Assembly: GCA_000388065.2 (NCBI GenBank)
Contig: KB932206.1
From: Fonticula alba ATCC 38817
Taxonomy: Eukaryota; Protista; Nucleariida
Direction: 5' to 3' (one strand)
DNA: 6,296 nt
The translations under genes and the position numbers were made by a program. Positions 1-4,780 of the stretch are shown one piece after another (the first letter of the stretch is position 1; each line of letters begins with the position of its first letter). The notes under the pieces are model-generated. The model saw only the letters and a program-made list of their open reading frames with translations, was not told where the DNA came from and did no database searches.

Positions 1-187
1 GGGGAACCCAGGGTCACCGAGTGGCGCACTCTGCAAGCAGGATCAAGGGAAGCTGCCCCCTGAAGGGGCACACCCGACGGCGACGTTCAGGGGCGTCATG
101 GTCTTTCGGTCGTGGATGGTGGTCCCCTCCCCCGCCCTCGCCCTCCAGCATGCCATGGCAGCATGATCTGTCGCCCGCTCAGGCGTC

Positions 188-1351
188 ATGTGCCGGCGGC
201 ATGGACGCCCTCCAAGGGTGGGCTGCCTTCTCGAGGCCGTTGACCTGCTGCGAGGCCCGCATCTCTCCGGCCGACCACAGCCACAGCCGGGTCCTTCGGC
301 CATGGGGATCTGCGATGGGCCGGGCCGGCACACTCAGATCGGGCACTGGAGCCGCTGCATGCGGTCACCGGGCTGTGCGCTTGCTCGTGAAATCATCCAA
401 GGGTACTGCCACCCATCAACCCGGCCATGCATGGCCTCACTCGGGGCAGTGAGTCCACTGTCACCTGGCGGACGCCATCGATATCGAGCGCACGCCCGGG
501 GCGAGGGGTTTGCCTGCCTGCGCCATCTTGGGACAAGGCCGCGCACTGGCTTTGGGAGGGCCCTTGTGAGCGTGTGCCTTTCAAACCCACGGGAGCATGT
601 GCTCCCCGGATGCGAGTTCCCTGTGACGTGGCGGCTCGATGCTGCCGGACTCGGTCGCAGACGCGGGATCCGCCCCAGCACACGCCCCATTCCGGCGTGG
701 CGGTCGACGCCCCGCCGCACGGAGCCGGGATTCACACGGGGGCGGGCCCTTCTTGATGGCCAGGGCACCGGGTTCGACCCTCGAGCAGGCCACGCCCCTG
801 GGATGTGGCGATGGCCGGACAGCCTCCTCGGCATTCACACCCCGTCGACGTGGCTGCTGCCCTGCGGGTGCTTTGATGGGTGCCCGGCGCTGACGAAGTG
901 GTTTTCGGCTCTCCGGGCAGGCATGCTCGGTTTGCCATGTGCCCCGTGCCGGCGGTGTTGGCCTCTCTTCGGCCATGCCCCGCTGACCACCGGCCTCTTT
1001 CCGGCAATACGCTCGGCACGGGTGGAGTGCCTCTCGCGCGCGAGGCCCCCGGCCGTGGGCTCAGTCCTCCAGCTCGAGACACCGCTGCCATGCTCGGGCC
1101 TCGGCCCTTCCGCCCGGCCAGCGGACGAGGACCCAACTCAGCCGGTTGCTTGGCACCGATCTCCGCGAGTCTCCAGGGGAGCGCCCGGGACCGGATGGCC
1201 TCGATGCCAAGGCGATGAGGCACCTGTCGGATGCCTTGGTGTGCTGCATGTGCCTCGAGGTGCGGCTCGCAGGGCTGGGCGAAAACGCACCGGTCGGCTG
1301 CCTGCCATGCAGGGTGTCGGCCCTCGAGGAAGACCAAAGGGCCCAAGGTAG
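188..1351 (+). CDS. Probable coding segment of an unknown, probably multi-exon or frameshifted protein (5' end unresolved)
   Basis: 387-codon open frame. Codons from ~890-1140 are strongly G/C-ending and give protein-like text (TKWFSALRAGMLGLPCAPCRRCWPLFGHAPLTTGLFPAIRS). A donor-like GTGAGT at 449 and an acceptor-like CCCTCCAG ending at 148 suggest the true exon structure differs from the raw ORF. No family recognised. Confidence 0.35.
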   Translation: MCRRHGRPPRVGCLLEAVDLLRGPHLSGRPQPQPGPSAMGICDGPGRHTQIGHWSRCMRSPGCALAREIIQGYCHPSTRPCMASLGAVSPLSPGGRHRYRAHARGEGFACLRHLGTRPRTGFGRALVSVCLSNPREHVLPGCEFPVTWRLDAAGLGRRRGIRPSTRPIPAWRSTPRRTEPGFTRGRALLDGQGTGFDPRAGHAPGMWRWPDSLLGIHTPSTWLLPCGCFDGCPALTKWFSALRAGMLGLPCAPCRRCWPLFGHAPLTTGLFPAIRSARVECLSRARPPAVGSVLQLETPLPCSGLGPSARPADEDPTQPVAWHRSPRVSRGAPGTGWPRCQGDEAPVGCLGVLHVPRGAARRAGRKRTGRLPAMQGVGPRGRPKGPR

Positions 1352-1692
1352 CCCATTCTCTGGGGGTGGACTGTGTGGCTCCGGGGCCTTTCCCCTCTCG
1401 GGCCCTGATCATGGGCACCGAGTGGCAGATGTGGTACCCGGGTTGCGCCTGGCCACATGAGGCCTGGGTTGTTGGGCACCGGCCAAGCACCGCTGGCGGA
1501 GATCTTCCCGAACCCTTGAGCCGGCTCGAAGAGTGCGCCGCGGGGGGCCCCTGGGCCGAAATGTGGGGCCGGCTCCGGCGCACAGCAGCGCGTCTCCCCC
1601 TGCTCCGGCTCCGGCATGGTTCCAAAGGGGCCCCGGGGCCCGGGCGGGTGTTCATGCTCCTGCACCGCCCGCTGCCGCCGGAAGTGGGATGA
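1313..1692 (+). CDS. Probable C-terminal coding segment of the same unknown protein
   Basis: The frame of ORF 1231..1692 is G/C3-rich and protein-like from ~1365 (VDCVAPGPFPSRALIMGTEWQMWYPGCAWPHEAWVVG...LHRPLPPEVG*), TGA at 1690-1692. It joins the upstream ORF in frame via a GTGCGG...ATGCAG intron (1260-1312) or via two 1-nt shifts. Confidence 0.4.
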
Positions 1693-2071
1693 CAATCCGC
1701 CGGGGCAAGGGAGGTGGCCCCTTGAGGCGGCAAGTGCCGGTGGGGCTGGCGGTTCGGCGCCGCCCCGGCGCCCGGGCGGCCGACGCCGCGTCGAGCCTCG
1801 ACCCGAAGGCGTCCCGGCGGTGTGGGTGTCGCTCGAGGGCGGCGCTTTCCCAGGGCCATTCATTCCCTTCCTTGGGGGATGGCCGCGGCGTCCTCCCCGG
1901 GAGGGGGCATCCAAGGTCAGGCCACCTCCCCGGAGGCAAGATCGCCCTCGAGGCACCTGGGTCGAGCGTCGGTTTGGTGGATCCCGGCCGGCTGTCCCAC
2001 ACCCACGCCCCGGCCTCAAGCCTGCCCGCTGGATAGCACGGTCGGCCAAAAAGCAAGCATCAAAACCCCGG

Positions 2072-2085
2072 AGAAAAAAGATAAG
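2072..2085 (+). promoter_or_regulatory. AT-rich upstream element of the tRNA-Gly/Thr unit
   Basis: AGAAAAAAGATAAG at -38..-25 from tRNA-Gly, plus CAA at -3..-1 (2107-2109), in otherwise GC-rich DNA. Confidence 0.4.
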
Positions 2086-2109
2086 CCCAAGCGGCAGGCT
2101 GTTGCCCAA

Positions 2110-2180
2110 GCGTCGATGGTTTAGTGGTAGAATTGCCGCCTGCCACGCGGTAGACCCGGGTTCGATTCCCGGTCGACGCA
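2110..2180 (+). tRNA. trnG-GCC: tRNA-Gly(GCC)
   Basis: 71 nt. Acceptor GCGTCGA/TCGACGC + A73, D-loop AGTGGTA, anticodon arm GCCGC-CT GCC AC-GCGGT, T-arm CCGGG-TTCGATT-CCCGG. No CCA. Confidence 0.98.
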
Positions 2181-2185
2181 GGCCC

Positions 2186-2257
2186 GCTCGTTTAGCTCAG
2201 TGGTAGAGCGCCAGTCTAGTAAACTGGAGGTCGGGTGTTCGATCCACCCAATGAGCA
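2186..2257 (+). tRNA. trnT-AGT: tRNA-Thr(AGT)
   Basis: 72 nt. Acceptor GCTCGTT/AATGAGC + A73, D-arm GCTC/GAGC, anticodon arm CCAGT-CT AGT AA-ACTGG, T-arm GGGTG-TTCGATC-CACCC. Confidence 0.98.
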
Positions 2258-2262
2258 CATTA

Positions 2263-2267
2263 TTTTT
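2263..2267 (+). terminator. Pol III oligo-T terminator for the Gly-Thr unit
   Basis: TTTTT 6 nt after tRNA-Thr; a second T5 at 2297-2301. Confidence 0.8.
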
Positions 2268-2435
2268 GGCCGGGCGATCTTCCTGCCGGTCGGGACTTTT
2301 TGTTGAGGGGCATAATCCGGCACCTCCTATGGAGGGGATGCACGCTGGACTGACGCCCGCCGGTGGGGGGATGGAAAAAAAAAAACAAGCGGCGCCTGCT
2401 GCGCGCCCCCGCCCTCCAGGTAGGCCGAGGGGGAC

Positions 2436-2439
2436 AAAA
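2436..2439 (-). terminator. Pol III terminator for tRNA-Phe
   Basis: T4 on the minus strand 9 nt after the tRNA 3' end; back-up T11 at 2375-2385. Confidence 0.6.
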
Positions 2440-2447
2440 GAGATGTT

Positions 2448-2520
2448 TGCCTCGAACCAGGATTGAACTGGTGACCTTGTGATCTTCAGTCACACGCTCT
2501 CCCAACTGAGCTATCGAGGC
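2448..2520 (-). tRNA. trnF-GAA: tRNA-Phe(GAA)
   Basis: 73 nt, reverse complement GCCTCGATAGCTCAGTTGGGAGAGCGTGTGACTGAAGATCACAAGGTCACCAGTTCAATCCTGGTTCGAGGCA. All four stems pair; anticodon GAA; no intron. Confidence 0.98.
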
Positions 2521-2545
2521 TTGAGGGGCTGGGTCTCAGCCTTCC

Positions 2546-2552
2546 ATTTATA
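2546..2552 (-). promoter_or_regulatory. TATA box upstream of tRNA-Phe
   Basis: TATAAAT on the minus strand at -32..-26, with CAA at -3..-1 (2521-2523). Confidence 0.65.
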
Positions 2553-2999
2553 CTGTCTTGCTTGTGGGTGCTTGCCCCGTTCCGCCGCGAGCAACATGGC
2601 GCTTGCGGACGAAGTCCCCCCCCGGCATGTGCCAGCTTCAAAGATGCACAGGCAGCGGCCCCCCGATCGACCCTCAGCCCTGCCCAAAAGCCGCCCCACC
2701 ATGGGCACGACTTCGACAGGATGTGACCCCGCCCCTCGCTCCCCAGCCCGGCCCCCTCCATGGGTGCTATGTTGTCGAGGCCCTGCCGAGCCTGGGAACT
2801 GGCCAGCGCCGAGGCGATGGGAAGCCTGACAAGCGTGCCCTCCCCCTCGGATGCCCGGCTTCAAAAGGGGGGACCCCGGATCGCTTCACCCCTCCCCCCC
2901 CCCCGGGAGACATGAGAGAGGGACTTCGCCACTCGCGCCGGCGAGGGCGCCGCCCCCTTGCATGAAAGTAGCAAAAAAGGCCTCGGGCGCCCCGCATTC

Positions 3000-3006
3000 A
3001 AAAAAA
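3000..3006 (-). terminator. Pol III terminator for tRNA-Arg
   Basis: T7 on the minus strand 7 nt after the tRNA; second T6 at 2973-2978. Confidence 0.8.
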
Positions 3007-3012
3007 CAGATG

Positions 3013-3086
3013 TGACCACGATGCGGCTCGAACACACAACCTCCTGATCCGTAGTCAGGTGCTCTATCCAATTGAGCTACGCGGCC
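3013..3086 (-). tRNA. trnR-ACG: tRNA-Arg(ACG)
   Basis: 74 nt, reverse complement GGCCGCGTAGCTCAATTGGATAGAGCACCTGACTACGGATCAGGAGGTTGTGTGTTCGAGCCGCATCGTGGTCA. Anticodon arm CCTGA-CT ACG GA-TCAGG; two G-U pairs each in the acceptor and T stems. Confidence 0.97.
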
Positions 3087-3150
3087 ATCTTCGATCAGGC
3101 ACGGGCGATGTGGCGCTCTTATCGTGCACGCTTTGCCTCCTCACGCGCCC

Positions 3151-3155
3151 AAAAA
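3151..3155 (-). terminator. Pol III terminator for tRNA-Asp
   Basis: T5 on the minus strand 6 nt after the tRNA, separating it from tRNA-Arg. Confidence 0.75.
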
Positions 3156-3160
3156 GAATG

Positions 3161-3232
3161 CTCCCGATCCGGGAATTGAACCCGGGCCTCCCGCGTGACA
3201 GGCGGGGATTCTCACCACTATACTAATCGGGA
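3161..3232 (-). tRNA. trnD-GTC: tRNA-Asp(GTC)
   Basis: 72 nt, reverse complement TCCCGATTAGTATAGTGGTGAGAATCCCCGCCTGTCACGCGGGAGGCCCGGGTTCAATTCCCGGATCGGGAG. Acceptor TCCCGAT/ATCGGGA + G73; anticodon GTC. Confidence 0.96.
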
Positions 3233-3465
3233 ATCCGATGACTACCCGTTGGGGTGGCGTGCTTTTTGTAACCTTCGCCGCCCAAATCCCAGAATTGGTC
3301 ACGGGTTGTCACGTGACCATATCTGAGAAGTCGGATCCCCGGCTCTCCTCTCCTCTCGGGGAGAGCCGCGCCTCCGTGTACAGACCTTCGCCCCGCCCTG
3401 CCGCCTCCTCCCTCGGCGCCCAGGGAAGAGGGGCAAGGTGCTCCTTCTCCCATGCGCCTAACCCC

Positions 3466-3473
3466 TATATAAG
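3466..3473 (+). promoter_or_regulatory. TATA box not assigned to any tRNA
   Basis: TATATAAG within CCCCTATATAAGGG, more than 230 nt from any tRNA 5' end. Confidence 0.4.
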
Positions 3474-3498
3474 GGACGGCATCCGCGCCCTCTTTCCC

Positions 3499-3810
3499 AT
3501 GTACGGCTACCCTAGAAAGGATAGTCATTGCCTCCTTGGCCTGGCTTTCTCCCCCCCAGCCAGTAGTCTCTGATGTAAATACTTTTGCTTCCCCCAACAA
3601 GACCGCGCGCGCTTTATTGTCATCGCTTGCCTTCTTGTACCTCTCGAGACGAAATGCTTTCTTCCGAGGCGTGATCTCCATATCGGAGAACAAGCCTCGG
3701 TGAATCAGTCCGAGCGTTTCACTTTTGTTTCTTCTTCATCTGATCAACCAGCTTGCCTCTCGCCAGCATCCATGGTCATGCATCGGCGCATGACCAACTG
3801 GAGAGGCAAT
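3499..3810 (+). ncRNA. Candidate structured non-coding RNA, family unassigned
   Basis: Starts ~30 nt after the TATA box. Four hand-folded hairpins (3505-3526, 3541-3563, 3651-3720, 3753-3809); GC 85/180 over 3571-3750. No snRNA, U3, RNase P/MRP, SRP or telomerase signature convincingly matched. Confidence 0.25.
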
Positions 3811-3839
3811 CACCATGCGCCACCGCCACTTCGATCGAT

Positions 3840-3911
3840 CTAGAGAGAGAGAGAGAGGAGACGCCGTGCGGCCACGATCGGCCTCCCAGATCGCGAAGAT
3901 ACCCAGCTCAC
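3840..3911 (-). other. Putative spliceosomal intron (72 nt)
   Basis: Minus strand reads GACAG|GTGAGC...GTCTCCTCTCTCTCTCTCTCTAG|ATC: strong donor, long pyrimidine tract, TAG acceptor. Confidence 0.5.
3842..3857. repeat. (AG)8 microsatellite
   Basis: AGAGAGAGAGAGAGAG; forms the pyrimidine tract of the putative minus-strand intron. Confidence 0.9.
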
Positions 3912-4254
3912 CTGTCCCCGTTGGTGACCATCTGGCTCTTTCTGCACGCGCAAACGGCCCACACATGGGGCGCCGCCATGCTTCGCGGCGGCCTCCCCAT
4001 CGCGACAGCCGCCAGGAAGATGCTCAGAGTGGTCCTTGGGGTTTCGATTCTGCCCTTCTCCCCCGCAAGCCTGGCACACCCCTGTGCTTCCAAGACACGA
4101 GCCCCGGGGCTCCCCCTGTTGAAAGAGCCTCGTCCTGCCTGTCGCCCTGTCTTGCTCCCTCTTGCGGGGGCCTCCCGCCACGGAACGCGCCCGAAGGGGC
4201 CCCTCCAGCTCCGGTCTTCGGACCCAGGCGGTTGGCGGGGCGCCCAGGCGTGCG

Positions 4255-4262
4255 CATAAATA
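4255..4262 (+). promoter_or_regulatory. TATA-like element upstream of tRNA-Ile
   Basis: CATAAATA at -37..-30, CAA at -6..-4 (4286-4288). Confidence 0.55.
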
Positions 4263-4291
4263 CCTGGCGGGCCCATCTCCCCTCACAAGGA

Positions 4292-4365
4292 GGCCCCATA
4301 GCTCAGTTGGTTAGAGCGTCGTGCTAATAACGCGAAGGTCGTCAGTTCGATCCTGGCTGGGGCCA
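4292..4365 (+). tRNA. trnI-AAT: tRNA-Ile(AAT)
   Basis: 74 nt. Acceptor GGCCCCA/TGGGGCC + A73, D-arm GCTC/GAGC, anticodon arm TCGTG-CT AAT AA-CGCGA, T-arm GTCAG-TTCGATC-CTGGC. Confidence 0.98.
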
Positions 4366-4372
4366 GCTTGCC

Positions 4373-4377
4373 TTTTT
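4373..4377 (+). terminator. Pol III terminator for tRNA-Ile
   Basis: TTTTT 8 nt after the tRNA; second T7 at 4446-4452. Confidence 0.8.
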
Positions 4378-4620
4378 GGCATCCCATTCCGGCCGGAGCA
4401 GAGAACGTCAGAGCCGAGTCCCCCCCCCTGCTCGTGGGGCCGTGCTTTTTTTGCGCACGTCTCAGAGGGGGGACAAAGAGAGGGACAAAAAAAAAGACAG
4501 GGGCACTCCTCGGGCGGGGGCGACCATCAATCGCGCGAAGGCGGGTGGGGGTCACCATTTTCACCGCCAGCCACGAGGCCACAAGATGGACCCTCTGCAC
4601 ATCCCGCCCGACAAAGGGCC

Positions 4621-4626
4621 TTTATT
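4621..4626 (-). promoter_or_regulatory. Possible polyadenylation signal
   Basis: AATAAA on the minus strand 155 nt downstream of the TAG at 4781. Confidence 0.4.
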
Positions 4627-4780
4627 GAACGGGCGGCGGACAAAAAGGAACCCCTGTGGCACTACTTTCGACACAGGCAGTCACCCTGAGGAAGAGACGG
4701 GGAAGCTGAGGGCATTGTTCGGCAAAGGGCGCCCAGCGCTGCCGCCACGGTGCGGCCGGCACACCGGCGGCCACCCGGGC

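Noticed and set aside
767-784. B-box/T-arm-like GGTTCGACCC
   Set aside because: No properly spaced A box, acceptor stem or anticodon arm; lies inside a probable coding frame.
732-1859. 375-aa minus-strand ORF (and 1138..2109, 323 aa)
   Set aside because: Arg/Pro/Gly/Ala-rich shadow of GC-rich DNA, antisense to frames with better codon bias; no motif.
3457-3630. Telomerase-RNA hints (CCTAACCCCTA at 3457, TGTCA at 3618)
   Set aside because: The first lies upstream of the TATA box and is not a 1.5x repeat; no template-like repeat follows TGTCA.
3662-3675. TTCCGAGGCGTGAT resembling U4 snRNA (AUCCGAGGCGCGAU)
   Set aside because: The upstream kink-turn partner and both U6-pairing segments are missing; CCGAGGC pairs locally with GCCTCGG instead.
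3571-3743. C/D snoRNA reading (TGATGT...CTGA, with TTCTTCAT antisense to 5.8S rRNA)
   Set aside because: Degenerate C box, no terminal stem, 170 nt is too long, and the guide duplex is only 8 bp.
4037-4054. GTTTCGATTC resembling a tRNA T-loop
   Set aside because: Flanks do not pair and no cloverleaf can be built.
4054-4077. CQACGGEG (DnaJ-type CxxCxGxG) in minus ORF 3840..4286
   Set aside because: Single repeat only, in the frame with weaker codon bias; likely chance.
4099-4224. 14-bp palindrome GAGCCCCGGGGCTC and GGTC-TTCG-GACC tetraloop hairpin
   Set aside because: Short GC-only stems are expected at this composition and do not assemble into a larger fold.
4256-4270. ATAAATACCTGGCGG resembling the U1 5' end
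   Set aside because: Lacks ACUUAC, no U1 cloverleaf or Sm site follows, and it is better explained as the tRNA-Ile TATA element.
4653-4677. CCTGTG/CACAGG hairpin in the 3' UTR as a SECIS element
   Set aside because: No 3' GA to form the GA/GA quartet, and the upstream gene has no in-frame TGA.
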